From assembly GCA_030654175.1 (NCBI GenBank), contig JAURXZ010000049.1, forward strand, positions 92,334 through 156,333: DNA of 64,000 nt. Reading direction: 5' to 3'. Under the pieces are notes generated by a model. It was not told the DNA's origin. It saw nothing but the letters and a program-made list of their open reading frames with translations, and made no database searches. This stretch comes from Bacteroidia bacterium. Lineage in GTDB: Bacteria > Bacteroidota > Bacteroidia > 2-12-FULL-35-15. Made by a program: the position numbers and the translations under genes. Shown one piece after another: positions 1-8,686 of the stretch; the first letter of the stretch is position 1, and every line of letters starts with the position of its first letter.

Positions 1-119
1 AAAATATTTCGAAAGAGAAGGTTTCAGATAGTAAATTTGAAATTCCAAAAGAAGGTTATATCGTTACCACTGTTGAAGAACTGCAAAATGCAATGATGAA
101 GGAAATGGGCGGGCAATAA
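1..119 (+). CDS. 3' end of a CDS truncated by the window edge (GLPGLI/DUF4412-like C-terminus)
   Basis: Frame 3 is open to TAA at 117-119 (...KVSDSKFEIPKEGYIVTTVEELQNAMMKEMGGQ) and is followed by a terminator; family is inferred from the 'FEIP.GY' ending. Confidence 0.6.
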   Translation, partial: NISKEKVSDSKFEIPKEGYIVTTVEELQNAMMKEMGGQ

Positions 120-143
120 AAATTCACTCTAATTTTCTAATAT

Positions 144-176
144 AAAAGACCAGAGGTTGCTCTCTGGTCTTTTTTT
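144..176 (+). terminator. Intrinsic terminator
   Basis: AAAAGACCAGAG-gttgct-CTCTGGTCTTTT followed by a T-tract. Confidence 0.85.
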
Positions 177-396
177 ATTGTTTATGTTCGTTGATTCAAA
201 TCAATATACTTTCAGTGCAAGATTTCCAGCTTTTGTGCAAGACTTTGAGCTTTTAGAAGATTTTACTTGTATCGCGATTCTCATCTTGTTAGTGCTTTTA
301 CCCTAAAAACCAACCTGTTAATCCTTTGTTAATAAAAAGTTCGGAATTTTTGTACTTTTTAAGTTCTTTTTTGTAGTTTTACCAAAAATTAGCAAT

Positions 397-1056
397 ATGT
401 CAGTACCCAGAAAAGAAAAACATTCCTATATCGGACCCAATTTATTCTTTCTAAGAAAACAAAAAGGCAACACCCTTGAACAAATGGCTGACCTGCTTTT
501 CTTAAAAGGAAAATCCTCCTATAAAGCATACGAGGAAGGACGTTCTTTACCCGATATACATAAACTGATGAAACTCGCATCTTATTTTGATACTTCTCTT
601 GAAGAATTGGTTTATCAGGATATTGAGAATTTAAAAGCAAGTAAAAAAACGGAGGATACTAAATTATTCGAAATTGGAAAAGTTCCTTTAGCCGCAGCAG
701 CAGGTTATGCAAGAAGTTTTGGAGACCTTGGATATATCCGGGAATTGGAAACAATAAAGATCCCATTTCAACCTTATGGTATTGCACGTGCTTTTGATAT
801 TGAAGGCGATTCCATGGAACCTGAAATACCCGATGGAGCTACAGTGGTTGGTATTAAGATCAGCCCATCTGAAATTAAAGATAACAAAGCGTATATAATT
901 GTAACTGTAAACGGTCTTCAATGCAAAAATATAAGTATTGATGAGGATGAGAAAATTATTTACCTGATTTCAAAAAATCAAAAATACCGGATGAAACATA
1001 TAGAAAAATCGGATGTTATGGAGATATGGGAAGTATGGAGAATATTACAAAATTAA
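397..1056 (+). CDS. XRE-HTH + peptidase S24 (LexA/CI-like) transcriptional regulator
   Basis: N-terminal HTH (LRKQKGNTLEQMADLL...YEEGRSLP), Ala-Gly site AAAGY, catalytic GDSMEP Ser and downstream Lys (QCKNI). Confidence 0.85.
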   Translation: MSVPRKEKHSYIGPNLFFLRKQKGNTLEQMADLLFLKGKSSYKAYEEGRSLPDIHKLMKLASYFDTSLEELVYQDIENLKASKKTEDTKLFEIGKVPLAAAAGYARSFGDLGYIRELETIKIPFQPYGIARAFDIEGDSMEPEIPDGATVVGIKISPSEIKDNKAYIIVTVNGLQCKNISIDEDEKIIYLISKNQKYRMKHIEKSDVMEIWEVWRILQN

Positions 1057-1181
1057 TACACTTTTCTTTTGATAGTCTGAATTTTAAAGTCTGACCTAAA
1101 TTAAGGAAATAGCATCTTTTTTTTGTCCGGATTTGTTAATAAAAATGCAGAAAACAAATTTTTATTTAGCGTTTAATCGTT

Positions 1182-1189
1182 TATTTTTG
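1182..1189 (+). promoter_or_regulatory. Bacteroidota -7 promoter element upstream of bcp-recA
   Basis: TATTTTTG matches TAnnTTTG, 14 nt before the ATG. Confidence 0.5.
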
Positions 1190-1203
1190 AAAGTAAAATT
1201 AGG

Positions 1204-1671
1204 ATGGCAAATTATAGTACAAGTTTAAAAGAAGGCGATAAAGCTCCTGATTTTAAAGGAATAGATCAGGATGGTAATGTTATTGCTTTAAAAGATTTTA
1301 AAGGTAAGAAATTAGTAATTTATTTTTACCCCAAAGATGATACTCCCGGATGTACGGCCGAAGCGTGTAACCTGCGTGATAATTATGCAGCATTGAAAAA
1401 AGAAGGGTATGCAATAGTTGGAATTAGTGCTGATGATGAAAAAAAACATAAAAAATTCATAGATAAATACAAATTACCTTTCCCATTAATTGCTGACGTT
1501 GATAGGAAAATAATTGAAGCTTACGATGTATGGGGCGAAAAGAAGTTTATGGGGAAAGTGTTTGATGGGATCGTTCGAACCACTTTTGTGATCAATGAAA
1601 AAGGGAAGATTGAAAAAGTGATCTCGAAGGTTAATACTAAAAATCATACGGAGCAGATATTGAATCAATAA
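1204..1671 (+). CDS. bcp: Thioredoxin-dependent peroxiredoxin Bcp/PrxQ
   Basis: [16 protein letters not shown] motif. Confidence 0.93.
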   Translation: MANYSTSLKEGDKAPDFKGIDQDGNVIALKDFKGKKLVIYFYPKDDTPGCTAEACNLRDNYAALKKEGYAIVGISADDEKKHKKFIDKYKLPFPLIADVDRKIIEAYDVWGEKKFMGKVFDGIVRTTFVINEKGKIEKVISKVNTKNHTEQILNQ

Positions 1672-1721
1672 TAAATAACAATTATAGAAATAACTCAAAA
1701 ATCACTAAATCCACAAATAAA

Positions 1722-2804
1722 ATGAGCAAAGAAACCAAAGAAGCAAAAGGGACTAAAGGTGCTGATAAAGCAAAAGAGATCAACAAGGAAAAATTAAAAG
1801 CCTTGCAACTTACTCTCGATAAATTAGAAAAAACGTATGGTAAAGGTTCCATCATGAAAATGGGGGATAAGCCGGCTGAAAACGTTGAAGTAATCCCTAC
1901 AGGATCTTTATCATTGGATATTGCTTTAGGCATAGGCGGTTTACCAAAAGGAAGAGTAATTGAAATTTATGGACCGGAATCATCCGGTAAAACAACCTTA
2001 ACATTACATGCTATTGCTGAAGTGCAAAAAGCCGGTGGTATAGCTGCTTTTATTGATGCGGAACATGCATTTGACCGTACTTATGCTGAAAAATTAGGGG
2101 TGGATACCGAAAATCTATTAATTTCTCAACCGGATAATGGTGAGCAAGCATTAGAAATTGCTGAAAACCTGATCCGTTCGGGAGCCATTGACATTATTGT
2201 AATTGACTCCGTAGCTGCATTGGTTCCTAAAAGTGAGATCGAAGGCGAAATGGGCGATTCAAAAATGGGTTTACATGCTCGTTTAATGTCTCAGGCATTG
2301 CGTAAATTAACCGGAACTATAAGCAAAACAGGATGCTGCTGTATTTTTATCAATCAATTACGTGAAAAGATCGGTGTAATGTTCGGTAATCCTGAAACTA
2401 CAACAGGTGGTAACGCTCTAAAATTCTATGCTTCTGTGCGTTTGGATATTCGCAGGATCGGACAAATTAAAGATGGCGATGCAGTGGTTGGTAACCGTAC
2501 CCGTGTTAAAGTTGTTAAAAACAAAGTAGCTCCTCCTTTCCGTCAGGCGGAATTTGACATCATGTATGGCGAAGGAATCTCTAAAGTAGGCGAGATCGTT
2601 GACTTAGGTGTAGAAAACAATATTATCAAAAAAAGCGGTTCATGGTTCAGTTACGGTGAGACCAAATTAGGTCAGGGACGTGATTCTGTGAAGTCATTAT
2701 TTAATGATAATCCTGATCTTACGGAAGAAATTGAATTCAAGATCAGAGAAGCATTAAACAGTGGAACTGAAGTAGCAGCGCTTGAATTAGTAGCAGCTAA
2801 ATAA
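1722..2804 (+). CDS. recA: Recombinase RecA
   Basis: GPESSGKTT Walker [22 protein letters not shown]. Confidence 0.99.
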   Translation: MSKETKEAKGTKGADKAKEINKEKLKALQLTLDKLEKTYGKGSIMKMGDKPAENVEVIPTGSLSLDIALGIGGLPKGRVIEIYGPESSGKTTLTLHAIAEVQKAGGIAAFIDAEHAFDRTYAEKLGVDTENLLISQPDNGEQALEIAENLIRSGAIDIIVIDSVAALVPKSEIEGEMGDSKMGLHARLMSQALRKLTGTISKTGCCCIFINQLREKIGVMFGNPETTTGGNALKFYASVRLDIRRIGQIKDGDAVVGNRTRVKVVKNKVAPPFRQAEFDIMYGEGISKVGEIVDLGVENNIIKKSGSWFSYGETKLGQGRDSVKSLFNDNPDLTEEIEFKIREALNSGTEVAALELVAAK

Positions 2805-2807
2805 ATA

Positions 2808-2843
2808 CCTTAGCCCCGGCCCCTCTCCATTTGGAGAGGGGAG
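2808..2843. repeat. GC-rich REP-like hairpin after recA
   Basis: CCTTAGCCCCGG-CCCCTCTCCA-tt-TGGAGAGGGG; a related inverted copy lies at 39184-39213. Confidence 0.6.
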
Positions 2844-2878
2844 AAGGGACAGGGAAATCAATAGCTTAATATTTTTAT

Positions 2879-2938
2879 AATGTCATCTCAAATGTAATGT
2901 ATCTAATACATTGCAAAAAGAGATGACATTTTTTATTT
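2879..2938 (+). terminator. Long hairpin, probable recA terminator
   Basis: AATGTCATCTC...GAGATGACATT outer stem, TGTAATGTAT/ATACATTGCA inner stem, then a T-tract. Confidence 0.6.
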
Positions 2939-2949
2939 ACTTTTGTTAT

Positions 2950-3987
2950 ATGAAAATCAGATCATTTTTTTATTTATTATCGTCAGTGTTGATCGGTATA
3001 ACTATGCTAACCGCTTGTGGAAGAGATAACACCATTTCCGAAACAAAAAAAACAGATTCAACTTCTCAAAATGTTTCTGAAGAGTTGAAACAATTGGATG
3101 CTCAATTACTTGAACAACCTGATAATGCCGATCTATACCATAAGCGCGCTAAGTATTATTTTGATAAAAAAAAATACAACGAAAGCTTTGGTGATATAAC
3201 AAAGGCTATGAAAATTGACAGTTCAAAAGCCGGATATTATAGTACACTTTCGGATCTTTATTTTGTTACGAACCAAACCGGAAATGCTAAAATGGCCTTG
3301 GAAAAATGTATCAACCTTGATAATAAAAATGTGGATGCAATGCTCAAATTGGCGGAGTTGTATTTATATGTTCGTAAGAATGAGCAATCAATGAAATACA
3401 TTAATATGGCCTTGAAAGTAAATCAATACAATGCAAAGGCGTATTTCATGAAAGGTATGAATTATAAGGAGTTGAAGGATACCGCTAAAGCTATTTCGAG
3501 TATGCAAACGGCTGTGGAACAGGATCAGCAGTATTATAATGCCTATATACAATTAGGAATATTATGCGCTGCGAAAAAAAATCCATTGGCGATACAATAT
3601 TATAAAAATGCCATCAGAATAGATGAAAATAGTACAGAGGCCTGGTATAATTTAGGGAAATGTTATCAAGATATGGGGGAATGGACCAATGCATTGGAAA
3701 CCTATACCAATCTGATACAAATGGATCAGGGTAGCAAAAATGCCCATTATAATATTGGGGTGATACATTTGGTGAATTTTAAAAAATATGATCTTGCAAT
3801 AAGTCATTTTACAGAAGCCATGCGTATTGACCCTAAATATGTACAAGCCTATTACGGACGCGGTGTCTGCTATCAAAGTAAAAGAGATATTAAAAATGCA
3901 GCAATAGATTTTCAAGCTTGTTTGGACATTGATCCGAAATTTGAGCCGGCACAAATAGCATTGAAAGAATTAAGTGGAAGCAAGTGA
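2950..3987 (+). CDS. TPR-repeat lipoprotein
   Basis: Start moved to ATG 2950 (MKIRS...); lipobox LTAC; multiple TPRs (AYFMKG, AWYNLG, AYYGRG). Confidence 0.85.
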   Translation: MKIRSFFYLLSSVLIGITMLTACGRDNTISETKKTDSTSQNVSEELKQLDAQLLEQPDNADLYHKRAKYYFDKKKYNESFGDITKAMKIDSSKAGYYSTLSDLYFVTNQTGNAKMALEKCINLDNKNVDAMLKLAELYLYVRKNEQSMKYINMALKVNQYNAKAYFMKGMNYKELKDTAKAISSMQTAVEQDQQYYNAYIQLGILCAAKKNPLAIQYYKNAIRIDENSTEAWYNLGKCYQDMGEWTNALETYTNLIQMDQGSKNAHYNIGVIHLVNFKKYDLAISHFTEAMRIDPKYVQAYYGRGVCYQSKRDIKNAAIDFQACLDIDPKFEPAQIALKELSGSK

Positions 3988-4163
3988 TTTTTTGAAAAAA
4001 ATGATCAGAAATGGTCAAAATTGGCCGAAATTTTGAATAGAATCAAATAAAAAGTGTTTTTTTGTCGTTTTAGAACATGCCCTGTTTATAGGCGTTTTAA
4101 TAAATTTTGCATAAAATTTACGGAATAAATACTAAGAATTGCCGCTCATTTCATTTTTTTAGT

Positions 4164-4171
4164 TATCTTTG
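4164..4171 (+). promoter_or_regulatory. -7 promoter element of the cold-shock gene
   Basis: TATCTTTG. Confidence 0.6.
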
Positions 4172-4203
4172 CAGTATTATTAATCAAAACAATTATTATT
4201 AAA

Positions 4204-4395
4204 ATGAAAAATGGAACTGTAAAGTTTTTTAATGAAACAAAAGGATTTGGATTCATTAAGGCAAATGATTCTGGAGAAGAATTTTTTGTACACGTGTCTG
4301 GCTTGAAAGAAGAAATCCGTCAAAATGACGAGGTAGTTTTCGAAGTACAAGAAGGTAAAAAAGGTTTAAATGCTGTAAATGTAAAATTAGCATAA
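4204..4395 (+). CDS. Cold-shock protein (CspA family)
   Basis: GTVKFFN..KGFGFI (RNP1), FFVHVS (RNP2). Confidence 0.96.
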   Translation: MKNGTVKFFNETKGFGFIKANDSGEEFFVHVSGLKEEIRQNDEVVFEVQEGKKGLNAVNVKLA

Positions 4396-4419
4396 TTATA
4401 TTCAGTTATAATTTACCAG

Positions 4420-4453
4420 AAAAGTCCCGTTCTATTAAGATCGGGGCTTTTTT
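4420..4453 (+). terminator. Intrinsic terminator
   Basis: AAAAGTCCCG...CGGGGCTTTTTT. Confidence 0.8.
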
Positions 4454-4495
4454 CGTTTTAGGGTGTTTAGTTTATTATTAGATATTTATTCATTT

Positions 4496-4603
4496 GGGCG
4501 TTCCACTTTCTTAAACAAGAAAGTGTCGGGCTTTTCACTTCAATCTTTCCTTTCGCCAGCTGGCGACAGGAAAGGATTTTCGTTTCAATCCCTAACGCAG
4601 CAT
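4496..4603 (-). ncRNA. Flavo-1-like structured repeat, copy 1
   Basis: Reverse complement reads ATGCTGCGTTAGGGATTG...AATCCTTT...AAAGATTGAAGTGAAAAGCCCG...GGAACGCCC and is homologous to four other copies; the Flavo-1 identity is from memory of the motif. Confidence 0.7.
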
Positions 4604-4732
4604 ATCCCTGAAAGAACCAACATTTAATATATTTTACTTTTGGGACCAAAAGCTTGCTTTTTTTTATCTTTTTTTGGCTAAAAAATCTACCCCTGACCTG
4701 GATTAAAGTATAAATAAATCCTAATTTTTTTG

Positions 4733-4740
4733 TACTTTTG
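4733..4740 (+). promoter_or_regulatory. -7 promoter element of tig
   Basis: TACTTTTG. Confidence 0.55.
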
Positions 4741-4757
4741 TATTCCTAAAAATCAAA

Positions 4758-4777
4758 ATCCCGATAGTTATCAGGAT
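4758..4777. repeat. Short imperfect palindrome in the tig leader
   Basis: ATCCCGATAGTTATCAGGAT; similar small palindromes at about 48327-48346 and 53727-53744. Confidence 0.45.
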
Positions 4778-4799
4778 ACTAAATTAAAAATTTCACAAA

Positions 4800-6140
4800 A
4801 TGAATATTACTCAAGAGAATGTTGATGAATTAAATGCTGTACTTAGAGTGAAAGTAGCGGCTGAAGATTATTTACCTAAAGTTGAGAGTGCCTTAAAAGC
4901 CCATCAGAAAAAAGCGACTATACCAGGATTTCGTCCGGGAAAAGTTCCTTCAGGAGTGATAAAAAAAATGTATGGTAGGTCTGTATTAGTTGAAGCGATC
5001 AATAAGTTGTTAAACGATTCATTGTATACCTATATAAATGAAAATAAAATTGAAGTATTGGGCAACCCTTTACCAAAATTAGATAGCCATATTGATTGGG
5101 ATAATCAAAAAGACTTTGAATTTTTATATGAAATGGGACTTGCTCCTAAATTTAGTGTTGAACTTTCAGCGAAAGATAAATTCACCTATAAAACTGTGAA
5201 AATTGATGAGGAACTGATAAACAAATATATCTCTGATATTTCTAAACGTTACGGAAAGGTGGAGAATGTTGATGTTTCCGGTGAAAGTGATCTGTTGAAT
5301 GGTGATTTTGTAGAATTGGATGCTAATGGAGAAATTTTAGCGGGTGGTATTTTCAAAACATCATCTATATTTCTTGACAGAGTAAAAGATGAAGCCACCA
5401 AAAAGGCATTGATCGGTTTAAAGAAAGATGATAAAGTAGTATTGGATGCTCAAAAATTAGCTGATAATCCTGTTGATATCGCAACTATGTTGGGTATTGA
5501 AAAAGATGCGGCCGAAAAAATAACATCAAAGATCCAGTTCACAGTAAAAAATATCAGTCGTTTAGCCGGTTCTGATGTTAACCAGGAGTTATTTGATAAA
5601 ATTTATGGTGAAGGAACTATCACCAGTGCAGAAGAATTTAAAGCTAAAATTAAAGATGAATTGACGGGAATGTTCATTAATGACAGCGAACGCAAATTCT
5701 ACAATGACGTAGTTGAATATTTGATGAACAAGATCAATTTTAATTTACCTACCGAATTTTTGAAACGCTGGATAGTTGCGGTAAATGAAAAGCCGGTAAC
5801 ACCTGAACAAGTAGAATCTGAGTTTGAAGGATATTCAAAAGGATTAAAATGGTCGTTGATCGAAAACAAGATCATTAAGGATAATAATATCCAGGTAACC
5901 AATGAGGAAGTTATTGAATCTACCAAACAAATGATCATAGAGCAATTTGGTAAATATGATCCAACTCCAATGGATGCTGAGGCATTGAACTCAACAACAC
6001 AAAGAGTATTATCAAATAAAGACGAAGCAAAAAAAATATACGAAAAATTGTACGGAGAAAAAGTATTGGCTTTCTTTAAATCCAAATTTACATTGGAGAA
6101 CCAGGAACTTTCTTACGATGATTTTTTCAAAAATGCATAA
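4800..6140 (+). CDS. tig: Trigger factor
   Basis: IPGFRPGKVP ribosome-binding signature; lies upstream of clpP-clpX. Confidence 0.97.
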   Translation: MNITQENVDELNAVLRVKVAAEDYLPKVESALKAHQKKATIPGFRPGKVPSGVIKKMYGRSVLVEAINKLLNDSLYTYINENKIEVLGNPLPKLDSHIDWDNQKDFEFLYEMGLAPKFSVELSAKDKFTYKTVKIDEELINKYISDISKRYGKVENVDVSGESDLLNGDFVELDANGEILAGGIFKTSSIFLDRVKDEATKKALIGLKKDDKVVLDAQKLADNPVDIATMLGIEKDAAEKITSKIQFTVKNISRLAGSDVNQELFDKIYGEGTITSAEEFKAKIKDELTGMFINDSERKFYNDVVEYLMNKINFNLPTEFLKRWIVAVNEKPVTPEQVESEFEGYSKGLKWSLIENKIIKDNNIQVTNEEVIESTKQMIIEQFGKYDPTPMDAEALNSTTQRVLSNKDEAKKIYEKLYGEKVLAFFKSKFTLENQELSYDDFFKNA

Positions 6141-6270
6141 CTGCGATTTTAGATCGTTATAAATTTTTATGCCAAAAAGACATTAAATTTATTGAGGTTT
6201 AATTTTTGCAATCAAAACTATTATAAAAACTTTATAACCTTTTAACCTTTTAAACTTTAAACTCAACTAT

Positions 6271-6945
6271 ATGTTTGATAACAATGAATTCAGAAAATAC
6301 GCTGTAAAGCACCGCGGTATCAGCGGTACTACGTTTGACTCTTACAGCAGACACAATGTAAGTAATGTAACGCCTTATATCATTGAAGAGCGTCAGTTAA
6401 ATGTAACCCAAATGGACGTATTTTCCCGTTTGATGATGGATCGCGTTATTTTCCTTGGAACAGGAATTGACGACCAGGTGGCTAATATCATTCAGGCTCA
6501 GCTTTTATTCTTACAATCGGTGGATGCTAAAAAAGACATCCAGATCTACATGAATAGCCCGGGAGGTTCTGTGTATGCAGGTTTAGGTATTTATGATACC
6601 ATGCAATACATTACGCCTGATGTAGCAACTATTTGTACAGGTATGGCAGCATCAATGGGTGCAGTGCTTATGTGTGCTGGTACAAAAGGTAAACGTGCTG
6701 CATTAAAACACTCACGTGTGATGATTCACCAGCCAATGGGTGGTGCTGAAGGACAAGCTTCTGACATCGAGATCACTGCTCGTGAAATTCAAAAATTGAA
6801 AAAAGAATTGTACGATATTATTGCTAAACACAGCGGACAAACCTATGAAAAAGTTTGGGCTGATAGTGACCGCGATTGTTGGATGACAGCTGAAGAAGCT
6901 AAAGCATACGGCATGGTGGATGAAGTTTTAGCGAAATCTAAATAA
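6271..6945 (+). CDS. clpP: ATP-dependent Clp protease proteolytic subunit
   Basis: YMNSPGG, GMAASMG (Ser), MIHQP (His), DRD. Confidence 0.98.
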   Translation: MFDNNEFRKYAVKHRGISGTTFDSYSRHNVSNVTPYIIEERQLNVTQMDVFSRLMMDRVIFLGTGIDDQVANIIQAQLLFLQSVDAKKDIQIYMNSPGGSVYAGLGIYDTMQYITPDVATICTGMAASMGAVLMCAGTKGKRAALKHSRVMIHQPMGGAEGQASDIEITAREIQKLKKELYDIIAKHSGQTYEKVWADSDRDCWMTAEEAKAYGMVDEVLAKSK

Positions 6946-6953
6946 TATTTCAA

Positions 6954-7017
6954 CGAATAACGAATTTCCCGAATAACGAATAAATACAGATTCGTTATTC
7001 GGGAAATTCGTTATTCG
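6954..7017. repeat. Perfect 28-bp hairpin built from CGAAT repeats (clpP-clpX spacer)
   Basis: 6954-6981 is the exact reverse complement of 6990-7017; 8-nt loop. Confidence 0.95.
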
Positions 7018-7036
7018 CTGGAAAATTTGTAAAAAA

Positions 7037-8287
7037 ATGGCAAAAGAAGAAAAAGAAATAAAATGTTCATTCTGTGGACGCAAGAAACAAGAAACGGAAG
7101 TACTCATTGCGGGTATCACCGGGCATATTTGTAATCACTGCGTTACTCAGGCTCAAACCATAGTGCGTGATGAAGCAAGCCAGAATTCAGGTGCTTCCAT
7201 CTTTAATGCATTGCATCTCCTGAAGCCAATGGAGATTAAAAAACATTTGGATGAGTATGTGATCGGCCAGGATGAGGCAAAAAAAGTTCTGTCAGTAGCT
7301 GTTTATAACCATTACAAACGTTTGATTAAAAGTCAGTCGAAAACAGCTCAGAAAGATGAAGTGGAGATCGATAAATCAAATGTGATAATGGTAGGTGAAA
7401 CAGGAACAGGTAAAACATTGTTGGCGCGAACCATTGCAAAAGTACTTAATGTACCTTTTTGCATTGCAGATGCAACAGTGCTTACCGAAGCTGGTTATGT
7501 TGGTGAAGATGTGGAAAGTATTTTATCACGTCTTTTGCAAGCTGCCGATTTTGATGTTACTGCTGCCGAAAGAGGAATTGTATTTATTGATGAGATCGAT
7601 AAGATAGCGCGTAAAAGCGATAATCCTTCTATCACCCGTGATGTTTCAGGTGAAGGTGTTCAGCAAGGTTTATTGAAATTACTGGAAGGTTCAGTTGTAG
7701 GTGTTCCACCACAAGGCGGACGTAAACATCCTGAACAAAAAATGATACAGGTAAATACGAAGAACATATTATTTATTTGTGGCGGAGCTTTTGACGGGAT
7801 CACCAGGAATATCGGAAAACGCTTGCAAACACAAGCTATCGGTTATAATGTAAACAAAGAAAAAGTTAGCATTGATACTGATAATTTATTGCAATATGTT
7901 TCGCCTCAGGATCTAAAAAGTTTTGGTTTAATACCTGAATTAATAGGTCGTTTGCCGGTATTAACTTATTTGAATCCTTTGGATGCGGATACGTTACGCA
8001 GGATTTTGAGCGAGCCCAAAAATGCATTAATAAAACAATATTTGCATTTGTTTGAAATGGATGGTGTAAAAATCACATTTGAAAAAGGTGTGTTGGATTT
8101 TATTGTAGAGAAAGCAATGGAATTTAAGTTAGGTGCACGTGGTTTACGTTCGATTTGCGAGGCTATCATGATGGATCTGATGTTTGATACCCCTTCTGAT
8201 GCAACTGTGAAGGAGGTTAACCTGACACTGCGTTACGCTAAAGATAAACTCAAAAAATCAACTTTGACGAAATTGAAAGTTGCGTAA
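7037..8287 (+). CDS. clpX: ATP-dependent Clp protease ATP-binding subunit
   Basis: CSFC..ICNHC zinc finger, [28 protein letters not shown]. Confidence 0.98.
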   Translation: MAKEEKEIKCSFCGRKKQETEVLIAGITGHICNHCVTQAQTIVRDEASQNSGASIFNALHLLKPMEIKKHLDEYVIGQDEAKKVLSVAVYNHYKRLIKSQSKTAQKDEVEIDKSNVIMVGETGTGKTLLARTIAKVLNVPFCIADATVLTEAGYVGEDVESILSRLLQAADFDVTAAERGIVFIDEIDKIARKSDNPSITRDVSGEGVQQGLLKLLEGSVVGVPPQGGRKHPEQKMIQVNTKNILFICGGAFDGITRNIGKRLQTQAIGYNVNKEKVSIDTDNLLQYVSPQDLKSFGLIPELIGRLPVLTYLNPLDADTLRRILSEPKNALIKQYLHLFEMDGVKITFEKGVLDFIVEKAMEFKLGARGLRSICEAIMMDLMFDTPSDATVKEVNLTLRYAKDKLKKSTLTKLKVA

Positions 8288-8328
8288 AGGAAATTAATAG
8301 TTACTATTCCTGTTTATAATTATTTTAT

Positions 8329-8357
8329 AATGCCCCCTCTTTCAAGGGGGCATTTTT
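8329..8357 (+). terminator. Intrinsic terminator after clpX
   Basis: AATGCCCCCT...AGGGGGCATTTTT. Confidence 0.85.
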
Positions 8358-8418
8358 ATTGATATAAATTCGTTAAATTCGTATCAAGAAATTGCGCTAA
8401 CAATTGAAACTTAAAAAT

Positions 8419-8631
8419 CGGAGTCCGATTGTTAAGTTAGGCTAAAGCCCAATAAAAGCTGACAAATTCTCTTTCACTGAAAATGCTGCGTTAGGGATTG
8501 CAGCGTAAATCCTTTTCTGTTTAGAAAAGATTGAAGCGGAAAGCCCGCCCCTTTCTTTTTTCAAAGAAAGGGGAACGCCCTAATGAAAAAGGTTTTAAAC
8601 AAATTATTTTTATTTTATTAATCGAACTCAG
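8419..8631 (+). mobile_element. Candidate MITE containing Flavo-1-like copy 2
   Basis: Ends CGGAGTCCGATT / AATCGAACTCAG (10/12 inverted match), flanked immediately by the direct repeat CTTAAAAAT (8410-8418, 8632-8640). Confidence 0.55.
8483..8580 (+). ncRNA. Flavo-1-like structured repeat, copy 2
   Basis: ATGCTGCGTTAGGGATTGCAGCGTAAATCCTTTTCT..AGAAAAGATTGAAGCGGAAAGCCCG..hairpin..GGAACGCCC. Confidence 0.7.
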
Positions 8632-8686
8632 CTTAAAAATTAATATCCTATTGGGGAAATTTAATTTGTGATAACAAAAACAAAAA

